A stretch of 64,000 nt of DNA from Blastocatellia bacterium (GCA_025057015.1 JANWYG010000010.1:30506-94505); one strand, 5' to 3'. Shown: positions 1-8,814, numbered from the stretch's first letter. Notes: generated by a model from the sequence alone, not told the origin. A program made the numbers and translations.

Positions 1-1006
1 CCTTCTTTTCGACGTCGTCGACACTGATAGTGATCATACATCTATGGTCAATAGGACAGATTTTAAGCATACACGGCGCACAAGGCACTTTTCGGCGCAG
101 TATCTCTGCATTTGCTCCGAGCGGACGGATCGATCGTTCGTCTGTTGGCCCAAATATGGTAAGCGTGGGTATGTTCATTGCTGCTGCAAGGTATGCCGGA
201 CCGGTATCATTCGACACTACAGCGCGGCAGAAGCTCAAAAATGCTATTGATTCAGCTAGTGATGTCTTACCAGTAAGTATTTTCGGCTTGTTTCGCATGG
301 CAGTTGTGGCGGCCCGCGTGATTTCGATTTCGGTCGCTGCACCTATAAACACCACTTCTAGGCCGCGTTCGAACAACCGATCGGCCAGCTGTCCGAAACG
401 CTCTGCTGGCCAGCGTTTAGCTCGACTGTTGGTAGCACCGGCATTGATAGCTACTATGGGTTTGTCTAAATTGACGCCGAGCATTGGTAGCCGCTCAAGC
501 AGCTGACGACGGCGCTCTTCGCTTACTGGCAAATAGCAATTAGGACGGGCAAAGTCTACGGTACTTACACCTGTAAGTAGACGTTCGGTCTGGGCTACGA
601 TATGCAGGTAATAGTTTACTTGGTGACTGCGGCGAATTTCTTCGGTTAGCTCTAGAGCATGTGTCAGAAGGATGCTTCTATGCTGAGTGGCAAAGCCTAT
701 TCGTAGTGGGATGCGGCAGCAGTAGGCTATGAGGGCGGCTTCGAAAGCGTTTTGGAAAAGCACTGCTAAATCGAACTTTAACCTTCTTAGCTCTTTGATA
801 GTTTTGAGCAAACCCTTCTTCTCACGATCGTAGACTATGACTTCATCTACGAAATCAGCGTCGGTAAATAGACCACTTACCCAGGGCTTTACTAACAGTG
901 AGATGTGAGCTTTGGCAAATATTCTGCGCAGCTCTCTGAGCGCTGGTATCGTAATTACGCTATCACCGACCCAATTTGTTCCTCTTACGAGTAATTTGCT
1001 TATCAT
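1..1006 (-). CDS. ADP-heptose:LPS heptosyltransferase (glycosyltransferase family 9); C-terminus runs off the window
   Basis: Absent from the ORF track because there is no stop in the window. My reverse translation from ATG (1006-1004) reads MISKLLVRGTNWVGDSVITIPALRELRRIF...PIVAINAGATNSRAKRWPAERF...SNDTGPAYLAAAMNIPTLTIFGPT, typical of GT9 heptosyltransferases. Its start overlaps the upstream gene's stop as ATGA. Confidence 0.8.
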   Translation of the reverse strand, partial: MISKLLVRGTNWVGDSVITIPALRELRRIFAKAHISLLVKPWVSGLFTDADFVDEVIVYDREKKGLLKTIKELRRLKFDLAVLFQNAFEAALIAYCCRIPLRIGFATQHRSILLTHALELTEEIRRSHQVNYYLHIVAQTERLLTGVSTVDFARPNCYLPVSEERRRQLLERLPMLGVNLDKPIVAINAGATNSRAKRWPAERFGQLADRLFERGLEVVFIGAATEIEITRAATTAMRNKPKILTGKTSLAESIAFLSFCRAVVSNDTGPAYLAAAMNIPTLTIFGPTDERSIRPLGANAEILRRKVPCAPCMLKICPIDHRCMITISVDDVEKK

Positions 1007-1851
1007 TTGCTTCTACTAAGCAGTTTTATACCCTCTTCTATGCTGACTGTTGGCCTCCAGCCTAGCTCGTGTTGCAAGCGCGAGGTATCTGTTATATAGC
1101 GTATCTGCTCTTTGACAGGTGTGTCTAGAAGCCTTACATTTGCAGCTACTTTGTAGGCTCGAGCTATCAATTCGGCGAGTTCTTTGAGCGTCAATGCGTT
1201 AGTCTTTCCTCCACCTATGTTGTAAAGACCTGTTTGATGGTGACTATTAAAGAAGCTTTCGATAGCCCTTGACAAATCGTCTACATAGAGCAGGTCGCGC
1301 ACTTGTTGACCCTGCATCTTGAGCACTAGTTCTTTACCTTCACGTATAGCTTTGACGAAGTGGGATACAAATCCGCCGCTGTTGCCGGGAGTGTCGGGAG
1401 CATATACTGTGGATAAGCGGAAAATAGCTGTACGTGCTTGGCTTTGATGGCCGTAGAACATCACGTAGTGTTCAGCTATCAGCTTTGACCAGGAATACGG
1501 ATCTTGACCACAGTAGGCTGTACTGCAGTCTTCTGTTATGACTTCGTGTTTATCTGCGTTCGAGCCGTACACATCCTTAGTGGAGCAGAAAATGAATGTT
1601 TGGTTTTTACGTAGCTGTCTGAGCAGGTTGATTGTGCCAGTGACGTTGACTTTAAAGACTTCTTCGGCAGCTTCGGGACGCTTATCTATCAACGCAGCCA
1701 TGTGGATTATCAGATCGTAGTCAGCGACTTTGGAGACGGCTGCTTCGTCTAGGAGATCGAGTCCTGAGCGTCTGGAAAAGTCGTCTGCGTTGAAATACTG
1801 CCTTACGTGCGTGCCTAAGTAGCCGCTTCCGCCTGTTACTAGTGTCTTCAT
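1003..1851 (-). CDS. NAD-dependent epimerase/dehydratase (extended SDR)
   Basis: N-terminal Rossmann motif VTGGSGYLG and catalytic YSWSK (YxxxK). Translationally coupled to the heptosyltransferase. Confidence 0.85.
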   Translation of the reverse strand: MKTLVTGGSGYLGTHVRQYFNADDFSRRSGLDLLDEAAVSKVADYDLIIHMAALIDKRPEAAEEVFKVNVTGTINLLRQLRKNQTFIFCSTKDVYGSNADKHEVITEDCSTAYCGQDPYSWSKLIAEHYVMFYGHQSQARTAIFRLSTVYAPDTPGNSGGFVSHFVKAIREGKELVLKMQGQQVRDLLYVDDLSRAIESFFNSHHQTGLYNIGGGKTNALTLKELAELIARAYKVAANVRLLDTPVKEQIRYITDTSRLQHELGWRPTVSIEEGIKLLSRSK

Positions 1852-2015
1852 TTTTTACAAGATCCTACGGCATGAAGCACAGTGTAGTCTAGTTCAGCTA
1901 GCGGTTTACTTTTAGAGTGGCAGATACACGGCCGTTAGGTATTTCCAAATGTTATAGTTCGACCTGAGACTGTGCAGTAATGTATAATCTTATAAACCCT
2001 TGTGAAGGAAAGTTT

Positions 2016-2702
2016 ATGCCTAAACGAGTATGGAGCATCTGTTTGTTAGTTTGTTTTGTAGTAGTTGGCGCGTCTGCTCATCATGCTGTTCTGAAGTTCA
2101 ACCTTGAGGAGATGGTAGCTACGGCGGATAGGATCTTTATAGGTAAGTGTATAGAGGTAAGAGAAGAGGAGGAGTTGATAGCTCGAGGACTATTGCCTGT
2201 TACTACTTACACGTTTACAGTTTCGAAGGTGCTTAAAGGTGAAGTTCCTGAGAGATTTACCTTCAAGCAGTTGGGTTTCAGGCCGTTCAAGGACAGTGGT
2301 AAGAGGAACGAACTTAATCCCAACTATTACATACATGGTATGAGGGGCTTTCAGGTAGGCGATGAACTTTTGCTGATGCTGACGCCGCAGTATATGGATG
2401 GAAATTTGACTTATCCTGTTGGGTTATATCAAGGGGCGTTCTTCATAAGGCGCGATTCTTCAGGTAGGGCATTTGCTCGAAACAGCATCAATAACTCTGG
2501 GCTATTTAGCAATCCATATAACAGGTATTCTAAGTCTCTGGCGGAAGCACGCGTCATATTTCCTGATAATGACCAAGTATTACAAAGCAAGCGTTTGTCT
2601 CAGACGAAGGTTGATCGTATGACTTCCAAGCCAGGGGCCATACTACTAGAAGATTTGGTGGAGCTAATAGAGGAGATAGTGGAGGCAGAAAGGGTCAGAT
2701 GA
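2016..2702 (+). CDS. Hypothetical secreted protein
   Basis: The ORF is 1980..2702. The internal ATG at 2016 follows GAAGGA and begins a signal-peptide-like MPKRVWSICLLVCFVVVGASA. No family recognised. Confidence 0.6.
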   Translation: MPKRVWSICLLVCFVVVGASAHHAVLKFNLEEMVATADRIFIGKCIEVREEEELIARGLLPVTTYTFTVSKVLKGEVPERFTFKQLGFRPFKDSGKRNELNPNYYIHGMRGFQVGDELLLMLTPQYMDGNLTYPVGLYQGAFFIRRDSSGRAFARNSINNSGLFSNPYNRYSKSLAEARVIFPDNDQVLQSKRLSQTKVDRMTSKPGAILLEDLVELIEEIVEAERVR

Positions 2703-4468
2703 TGAGGGCACTGTTGGTTATTGTTTTGTGTTTTGTGTTTGAATGTTTTGCTGGCGGGCCCTTACTAGTTACTGCAAGTGGGCCTGTCAGGTGGGCTAGG
2801 AGGGAAATAAGCGGTGGACCACTTAAGACCACTACGGTAGATGCCCAAGCTAGGGTTGTCTATCGAGTGGACAGCGGGCCTTTGGGGCCGCTATCTAACG
2901 CTCAGGCTGTCAAGTTGGTAGATCGTATCTTCAAGCTTTACAACGACATACCTACTTGCACGCTGGAATTTGTAAACGGAGGATCCATACTCGATCCAGC
3001 TACTGGTAGACCGATAGACATCACAGGTGCGAATGCTGGTCTTGTGCTCAGCTCGCGTAATCCGACTTTTCAGAATCCCATAGTTTTTGACTCTGATGGA
3101 TCGATTACTGGACAGGGAGGAGTGCTAGGCTTTTTTTCTTTTCTTCAGGTGAAAGGTTTGGAACTACACGAAGGATTGGTAGTGCTAAATGGTTCGGCTG
3201 TATCTCGCATAGGCGAGATACCTTTTCTTGGGGTGTTTACTCACGAATTTGGACACTTTGCTGGCCCTCTGGATCATTCACAAATAAACGGTTGGATAGC
3301 TTCAGGTGATAGCCGGCTAGTGTTTGAAGGTTTTACTGCTGAGCAGCGTTACGATCTGTTTGCACCGTTTACTGAGACAGTCTATCCGTTTCTTTTCAGT
3401 AATAACAGTAGCCGGCTTGCTAGTCTCGGTTTTGGTAATTCTGGATATTTCATAGCCTCGTTGCACTTTGATGACGTAGTTGCTATGAGTACGCTTTATC
3501 CTGCTGCAGGGTACCTACCGAGTGAATCGGGTTCGCCTTTTGGTGGTATCAGCGGCAGAATCATAGTTGACCCGTTGCTCAAGATACCGCTTTCTGGCTT
3601 GAACGTAGTAGCTAGGCGGGTAGATAGAGGTCGGTATCCCCCATCTCCTACTACGAAAGTCTACCTTAACGATAGTGTTCCTTTGGACGCAGATGGAGTG
3701 CCGCTGCTACCGGAGGATCGACCTGAGCTCGACCCGTTGGCGACTGCTACGAGCTTAGTCAATGGTATGTTGGCTCCTGACGGAAGGTTTGCTTTTGTCG
3801 GATTGCCGCCGGGTGAGTACTCGGTATACGTGGAGACCATAAATCCAAATGCTTTAGGCGGTTCTAGCATAGGGTTTCGAGAGCCACAACTTAGTTTTAT
3901 CACTGCTGAATATTGGAACGGCCAGAATGAGAGCGCAGATCCTGCTACGGATAAGCCGCTTGATTTCACTCCTGTGAAGGTGACTGCTGGAGCGGTAACT
4001 ACTGGCATAGAGATCTTGCTGAACGGTTTTGCTACGACTGTAGCTTCGAATGAGGCTGAGCCTAACGATAAGGTTAAGAAGGCTCAGGTTGTAGCTGTAG
4101 ACAGTATCTTGACTGGTCAGGTTGCGGTTGGCGACAAAGCGAAGGTCAAAGTTGACTTTGGTCGTAGTGGGTCTGTAGATGTGCAAGACCTCTATAAAGT
4201 ACAGGTATCGGCAAATTCAGTGCTACTGCTGATGCTGGATGCTCTCGAAGGAACTTCTGATGCAGATATCGATTTGTATTGCTTCTTATCTGATCTTAAG
4301 AACGGTACAGTCTCGATCAACAGTCAGACAGTCTTAGGGGCAAGTTTTTCTCCTGCGAATTCAGAAGTGATAACGGTAGGAGTTGCACCGGGGACGTACT
4401 TTTTAGGAGTGTCATCTGCTGCTGGTAGTGCGAAGTATCGACTGGCTGTTTACAGGAAAAAGAACTAA
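2699..4468 (+). CDS. Secreted metzincin-like zinc metalloprotease with C-terminal pre-peptidase (PPC)-like domain
   Basis: Signal peptide, HEFGHFAGPLDH (HExxH with a spaced third His) and a Met-turn-like AMSTLYP. The C-terminal EAEPND...DLYKV...DADIDLY pattern is typical of PPC domains. ATGA overlap with the upstream ORF. Confidence 0.7.
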   Translation: MMRALLVIVLCFVFECFAGGPLLVTASGPVRWARREISGGPLKTTTVDAQARVVYRVDSGPLGPLSNAQAVKLVDRIFKLYNDIPTCTLEFVNGGSILDPATGRPIDITGANAGLVLSSRNPTFQNPIVFDSDGSITGQGGVLGFFSFLQVKGLELHEGLVVLNGSAVSRIGEIPFLGVFTHEFGHFAGPLDHSQINGWIASGDSRLVFEGFTAEQRYDLFAPFTETVYPFLFSNNSSRLASLGFGNSGYFIASLHFDDVVAMSTLYPAAGYLPSESGSPFGGISGRIIVDPLLKIPLSGLNVVARRVDRGRYPPSPTTKVYLNDSVPLDADGVPLLPEDRPELDPLATATSLVNGMLAPDGRFAFVGLPPGEYSVYVETINPNALGGSSIGFREPQLSFITAEYWNGQNESADPATDKPLDFTPVKVTAGAVTTGIEILLNGFATTVASNEAEPNDKVKKAQVVAVDSILTGQVAVGDKAKVKVDFGRSGSVDVQDLYKVQVSANSVLLLMLDALEGTSDADIDLYCFLSDLKNGTVSINSQTVLGASFSPANSEVITVGVAPGTYFLGVSSAAGSAKYRLAVYRKKN

Positions 4469-4701
4469 TGTCTGATAGGTACAAGGAGAAGTCTAAAGGG
4501 ACAAGAAAGTGGATAAGGCTTCGAGGGGCGCCTAATGATCCGCAGTCGTTCGAGTTAGCTTGTTGGAACGGGCTTGCTTGGGAGATACCTACGAAGACTT
4601 GTGAGGGACGTATTATACGCTTGCTTATCCCTGACTATATGGTAGCTGAGACTTTGCCTGAGGATTTGGACCCTGAAAAGCTCTTTTATCCTGAGCAATG
4701 A
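4468..4701 (+). CDS. Small hypothetical protein (77 aa)
   Basis: The ORF is coupled to the protease gene by a TAATG overlap. No recognisable motif. Confidence 0.4.
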   Translation: MSDRYKEKSKGTRKWIRLRGAPNDPQSFELACWNGLAWEIPTKTCEGRIIRLLIPDYMVAETLPEDLDPEKLFYPEQ

Positions 4702-4765
4702 TGTTTTTGACAATATTTGTGAGATAAAGTATTTTCTTAACTCTGATCTCCCTTGAGGAAAACAT

Positions 4766-5965
4766 ATGCAGGTCAATCAGCTTAAGCCCGGTACAGTGCT
4801 TGTTGGACGATACGAAATAGTGAAGAGAATAGGCGGCGGTGGTATGGGAAATGTCTATCAGGCGAAAGATAAACGTCTTGCTGATGCGCCGCGAGCGGTT
4901 AAAGAAATGATAGGGATGTTCACTGATGAAGCATCTCGCAGAAAGGCTATAGAGGACTTCGAACGGGAATCCCAAGTGCTAGCAAGCCTGGATCACAGCG
5001 CTATTCCTACTATTTTTGACTATTTCGTTGATGAAGGTAATTACTACTTAGTGATGAAGCTCATTACAGGTGGTGATTTGGGCAAGAAGTTATATTCTTC
5101 CCCTATGGGTCGCATAGATGAGAGGACAGTTACAGAGTGGGCAATACAGATATGCGACGTATTGTCGTACTTGCATAAAAAAGATCCTCCGATCATTTAT
5201 CGAGACCTCAAACCAGCTAACATAATGCTTGATGAGCGTGGCAAGATAGTATTAGTCGACTTTGGGATAGCACGTTTTGTAGCGCCCACTCAGAAAAACG
5301 TCACGGCTATTGGTACTATGGGCTATGCTCCTCCGGAACTGTTTTCTGGCAAAGTCAACCCGCGGTCAGACATATACAGCCTAGGTGCTACTATGTTTCA
5401 TTTGCTCACCGGTAAGGATCCGCAGGACAACCCACTGCTAATATTTGACTTTACAAAGAATCCCAGGCCTCGGCAGATCAATCCAGAGCTTACTGAAGGT
5501 ATAGAAAAAATAGTTGCTAAAGCTGTCGAGTACAAGCATGAAAACAGGTTTACTTCTGCTGATGAGATGAAAAAAGCTCTTGAAGAGCACTTAAGGAAGC
5601 TTGAAGCTGGAACTACGGCGCAACTTGCAGTAACTTATGGCGTAATAGTGCGATCGGGCGATCGGTCTGTAAAGTTACTTCTACTTAAAGAAGCTAATAT
5701 GTTCGGTCGCTTGGACACCAATAGGGGGATATTTCCAGATATAGACCTAACTCCCTATGATCTTGAAGGTAAGGTTTCCCGCCGGCATGCAATGATACAT
5801 ATCTCTCCGCAGGGTCATTTTCTCGAAGATCTTGGCAGCACTAACGGCACTTTCCTAAATGGTGGGAGAATGATACCGAGAGAGAAACGACTACTTAGGT
5901 CGGGTGACCAAATTCGCATGGGTGAGATAGAAATGAAGTTCTTTGTGGAGGAAGTAGTAGCCTAG
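4766..5965 (+). CDS. Hanks-type Ser/Thr protein kinase with C-terminal FHA domain
   Basis: Kinase motifs GGGGMGNVY, AVK, YRDLKPANIM, DFG and GTMGYAPPE. The C-terminus GRL...VSRRHAMI...LEDLGSTNGTFLNG is FHA-like. Confidence 0.9.
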   Translation: MQVNQLKPGTVLVGRYEIVKRIGGGGMGNVYQAKDKRLADAPRAVKEMIGMFTDEASRRKAIEDFERESQVLASLDHSAIPTIFDYFVDEGNYYLVMKLITGGDLGKKLYSSPMGRIDERTVTEWAIQICDVLSYLHKKDPPIIYRDLKPANIMLDERGKIVLVDFGIARFVAPTQKNVTAIGTMGYAPPELFSGKVNPRSDIYSLGATMFHLLTGKDPQDNPLLIFDFTKNPRPRQINPELTEGIEKIVAKAVEYKHENRFTSADEMKKALEEHLRKLEAGTTAQLAVTYGVIVRSGDRSVKLLLLKEANMFGRLDTNRGIFPDIDLTPYDLEGKVSRRHAMIHISPQGHFLEDLGSTNGTFLNGGRMIPREKRLLRSGDQIRMGEIEMKFFVEEVVA

Positions 5966-6004
5966 TTTGGCAAGGGTCTATTTTAGGGAAGGGAGTGTGC
6001 GTGC

Positions 6005-7498
6005 TTGTTCAATTGCCAGCTTTGGACGGCACTTTCTTTCGATGCTCTAACGTCGCTTCTGTTTGTTTGCCTGTTTGTTTTGCTACGCTTGAAGCTCCCG
6101 CTTGACAGGCGTAGCGCCTTGAGATTCCCACTGATAATCTTTTTCTTCGCTCTCTTATTAATAGGCTTACAGAAGCTGCTGGAAGCATCTATATTGCTTA
6201 GGAAGAGCAGCGAACTACTTGCCTTAGTATCTAAAGCATTGCTTCTGATAGCACTTGCTCGTGCCGTTGGTATTCTGGTGATGGAAATCTTGTTTGTAAA
6301 GCTGTTCAAACAGACGCTTAGCCGAATAACACAGGACATACTGCAAGTGCTGGCTTATGCGGCCGTAGTTCTGCTATTGCTACGCTCGGCAAATGTGGAT
6401 CCATCTTCGATAGTTTTGAGCTCGGCTATCGTTTCTGCCGCCGTAGGCCTAGCTCTTCAGGACACACTAGGCAATCTAGCTGCTGGCTTAGCTTTACAAG
6501 CTCAACGTCCTTTTGAAGTAGGTGATTGGATACAGTTAGATGGGCAGCAACACATTGGTGAGGTGACTGAGATTAACTGGCGAGCTACGAAGATACTGAC
6601 CCTTGACAAGGTAGAAGTGGTTATACCGAACGGAGCTATGGCGAAGAATTCGCTGCTGAACTACACTAAGCCGACGAAGGTAGTTCGTAGAAACATATAT
6701 GTGTATGTTCCTTACCGCGTACCTCCTCGCAAGGTGCACGAGGTAATACTGAATACTATCTCAAGCGTACCTGACGTGCTTTCAGATCCGGCTCCTTCTG
6801 TTGTAACAAACAAGTTTACTGCTGAAGGTCTGACCGAGTATTGGGTCAGGTTTTTTATCGACTGTTTTGGGAGAAGGGATATAGTTGATGGTAGTGTGAG
6901 AGAACGTATATGGTATGCGCTGGAGCGGGAGGGTTTAGATCGTCCTTACGCTACTTCTAGAGTGTTGCTGCACAGAGAACAATACCTTGCGCAAGAAGAG
7001 AAGGAACCACAGAGAGAGTTGAAACGTTACCTCGAGCAAATACCTTTGCTGGCACTGCTGAGCGAGAATGAGATAGAGTATCTCATAAAGCATGTTGACA
7101 AGCGGTTCTACCTGCCGGGAGAAATAATCATAAGGCAGGGGCAGCAGGGATCAGAGTTGTTCATATTGAGCAAAGGTGAGGTTGCGGTGACCATCAACGG
7201 TCAAGAAGTTAACAGAATATGTACAGGTGGCTTCTTTGGCGAGATGTCTTTGCTTACTGGTGAGCGATGTTCGGCTTCAGTAACGGCTATCAGCGATGTT
7301 GAGCTGCTAGTAGTTAGCCATGAGCCATTTCGTGAGATACTCAGATCAAACTCTAAGCTTTGTGAAGAGTTCAGCAGAACACTTGCTAAACGGCAGGTGG
7401 AGTTAGATAGCATCAAAGACAGCGCTTCTGTAGCTGAAGACTTGGAAGATCGCTCTCTTCGGCTACTTGCAAGAATTAGGGACTTTTTTGCTGTCTAG
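6005..7498 (+). CDS. MscS-family mechanosensitive channel with C-terminal cyclic-nucleotide-binding domain
   Basis: TM-rich N-terminus, then an MscS beta-domain pattern PFEVGDWIQL...GEVTEINWRATKI...VVIPN. The cNMP-binding signature is FFGEMSLLTGERCSASVTA. The start (TTG 6005) is uncertain. Confidence 0.8.
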   Translation: MFNCQLWTALSFDALTSLLFVCLFVLLRLKLPLDRRSALRFPLIIFFFALLLIGLQKLLEASILLRKSSELLALVSKALLLIALARAVGILVMEILFVKLFKQTLSRITQDILQVLAYAAVVLLLLRSANVDPSSIVLSSAIVSAAVGLALQDTLGNLAAGLALQAQRPFEVGDWIQLDGQQHIGEVTEINWRATKILTLDKVEVVIPNGAMAKNSLLNYTKPTKVVRRNIYVYVPYRVPPRKVHEVILNTISSVPDVLSDPAPSVVTNKFTAEGLTEYWVRFFIDCFGRRDIVDGSVRERIWYALEREGLDRPYATSRVLLHREQYLAQEEKEPQRELKRYLEQIPLLALLSENEIEYLIKHVDKRFYLPGEIIIRQGQQGSELFILSKGEVAVTINGQEVNRICTGGFFGEMSLLTGERCSASVTAISDVELLVVSHEPFREILRSNSKLCEEFSRTLAKRQVELDSIKDSASVAEDLEDRSLRLLARIRDFFAV

Positions 7499-7778
7499 GT
7501 GCTATATCATATAGATACTTCCAGGTGTATATACCTGTGTTGTGATGATCTGAAAAGAAAAACCTTATGGCGTAATTACCAACTAGCTTTGCGTCAAGTA
7601 CTTGTATGTCTGCCGGTACAGATTCAGCTCGGAGCGTTCGCTTACCCGTTAGTTCATCTATGCAAGATGCACAAGTGCAGTGAAGGCGTAAATACAGCAC
7701 TGGATAGATAAACTCATCTTCTTGCCAGACTATTTTTACTTCAGTTGGACTAAGTTTGGTTATTTCTAACGGTTGCAT
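7476..7778 (-). CDS. DUF971-family protein (gamma-butyrobetaine hydroxylase-like N-terminal domain)
   Basis: LEI...VKIVWQEDE...LYLRLHCTCASCIDELTGKR...IRFFFSDHHNTGIYTWKYLYDI matches my memory of DUF971. ATG 7778 is preferred over TTG 7799, which lies inside a hairpin. Confidence 0.7.
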   Translation of the reverse strand: MQPLEITKLSPTEVKIVWQEDEFIYPVLYLRLHCTCASCIDELTGKRTLRAESVPADIQVLDAKLVGNYAIRFFFSDHHNTGIYTWKYLYDIAPRQQKSP

Positions 7779-7792
7779 CGTTGTCTCATAAA

Positions 7793-7807
7793 GGGGCAAA
7801 ATGCCCC
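7793..7807 (-). terminator. Short GC hairpin plus U-run immediately after the selenoprotein stop (weak terminator or attenuator candidate)
   Basis: The minus-strand RNA reads UAG-GGGGC-AUUUU-GCCCC-UUUAU. The stem is only 5 bp. Confidence 0.25.
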
Positions 7808-8032
7808 CTATTTTATCGCGTTTTTCACAGCAGCAAGAGCTTCAGCATCTTCAGGAAATGAATCGCCTACTTTCTCCGCTACTTTTTGGCTGTTTACCCA
7901 TACGGTGAATTCACCACGATCACCTGACTCTAACTCGGTGTCTAAACCAAGTTCTTCTTTTATCAAGGCAGCCACACGGGCTGCTCTGGGATAGTAGTTT
8001 CACATCACGCAATAGCGAATCTTGATTTTCAT
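7808..8032 (-). CDS. SelW/Rdx-family selenoprotein (74 aa) with in-frame UGA (Sec) at 8002-8000
   Basis: My reverse translation is MKIKIRYCVM-U-NYYPRAARVAALIKEELGLDTELESGDRGEFTVWVNSQKVAEKVGDSFPEDAEALAAVKNAIK*. It has a CxxU redox motif in the Rdx-family context (I.YC..U.Y..RA..L...L, G.RG.FEV.V). The length is 225 nt, in frame. A SECIS-like hairpin lies 3' of the UGA. The ORF track shows only an antisense shadow ORF (7773..7994). Confidence 0.8.
7964..7988 (-). promoter_or_regulatory. Bacterial SECIS-like stem-loop
   Basis: The RNA reads UGA-AACUACUAUCC-CAGA-GCAGCC-CGUGU-GGCUGC-CUUG. It has a 6-bp GC stem extended by 3 more pairs across an A/C mismatch. The apical loop contains GU and lies about 21 nt after the UGA. 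Confidence 0.65.
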
Positions 8033-8056
8033 TGACTTTGTACCTCGAGCTAGTGG

Positions 8057-8074
8057 TGACCCTATATAGGGTCA
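8057..8074. repeat. 18-bp perfect palindrome TGACCCTATATAGGGTCA
   Basis: Read directly from the sequence. It lies between the DUF374 stop (8077) and the selenoprotein ATG (8032). Confidence 0.9.
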
Positions 8075-8076
8075 GT

Positions 8077-8814
8077 TTATATTTTCATACAATTGACAGA
8101 ACGTTCAACTTGATTTTGCTGTCTCCACAGCTCGCTTTCGGCGTGTAGTCTATCTAGCTCTTTTTGCAATCGCTGCTGTAGCTGTTCGAGCAACTTCTCG
8201 TCGGCGTTTTTGGGGACGTATATAGGAGGGGCATATGAGATAAGGCCGCAAGTAAACGGTTTAGGTACTCGGAATTTGTCCCAGCTGTTCATCTCGTAGT
8301 ATTCCAGTGGGGTTTGGCAGACGGGTAGGACTGGGCAGCCAGACAGCTTGGCTAGGAGTATAGCACCCGGCTTAGCTACGTAGATAGGCCCGCGCGGCCC
8401 GTCTATCGTGAAGGCCACGTCGCGACCTTGCTTGAGGCAATCAGCCAGTTCACGCAGTGCTTTGCTGCCTCCGCGGGTAGTCGAGCCTCTGGCTGCCCCG
8501 TAGCCAAAGCGTTGTATGACGCGGGCTATTATTTCTCCGTCAGCGCTTTGGCTTGTCATTACTACGATGCGCAAGTGCCTGAAGAACCACGTCGCCGGTA
8601 TGATCCGGTTGTGCCAGAAGGCGTAAATTAGTGGCTGGCGATCATCTATACCTCCACGGCGGTCTGAGGCTCCTCTGACTTCCCACCGCATGCTCAGCCC
8701 TATTAGATATACGCAGCAGTAGAGCAATAAAGAGGTGAGCTGAATGAAGATCCGCTTCCAGAAAGGATAGTTTTCTAGTCTTTGGGGTATGTAGAATTTG
8801 TCTATGTCACTCAT
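8077..8814 (-). CDS. DUF374-family lysophospholipid acyltransferase-like protein
   Basis: FWHNRI...MTSQSADGEIIARVIQRFGYGAARGSTTRGG...FTIDGPRGP, as I recall for DUF374/COG2121. Its start overlaps the kinase stop. Confidence 0.7.
   Translation of the reverse strand: MSDIDKFYIPQRLENYPFWKRIFIQLTSLLLYCCVYLIGLSMRWEVRGASDRRGGIDDRQPLIYAFWHNRIIPATWFFRHLRIVVMTSQSADGEIIARVIQRFGYGAARGSTTRGGSKALRELADCLKQGRDVAFTIDGPRGPIYVAKPGAILLAKLSGCPVLPVCQTPLEYYEMNSWDKFRVPKPFTCGLISYAPPIYVPKNADEKLLEQLQQRLQKELDRLHAESELWRQQNQVERSVNCMKI

Noticed and set aside
30-506. Plus-strand ORFs 30..506 and 44..250
   Set aside because: They are antisense to a convincing GT9 heptosyltransferase reading frame (1..1006, minus). Their Arg/Ser/Ala-rich composition is typical of shadow ORFs, and they have no RBS.
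3661-4186. Minus-strand ORFs 3661..4008 and 3854..4186
   Set aside because: They lie wholly inside the well-supported metalloprotease CDS on the other strand and have no independent support.
7773-7994. Plus-strand ORF of 73 aa
   Set aside because: It is the antisense shadow of the SelW-like selenoprotein gene. The minus-strand reading has a family-specific motif, a SECIS and a clean frame.
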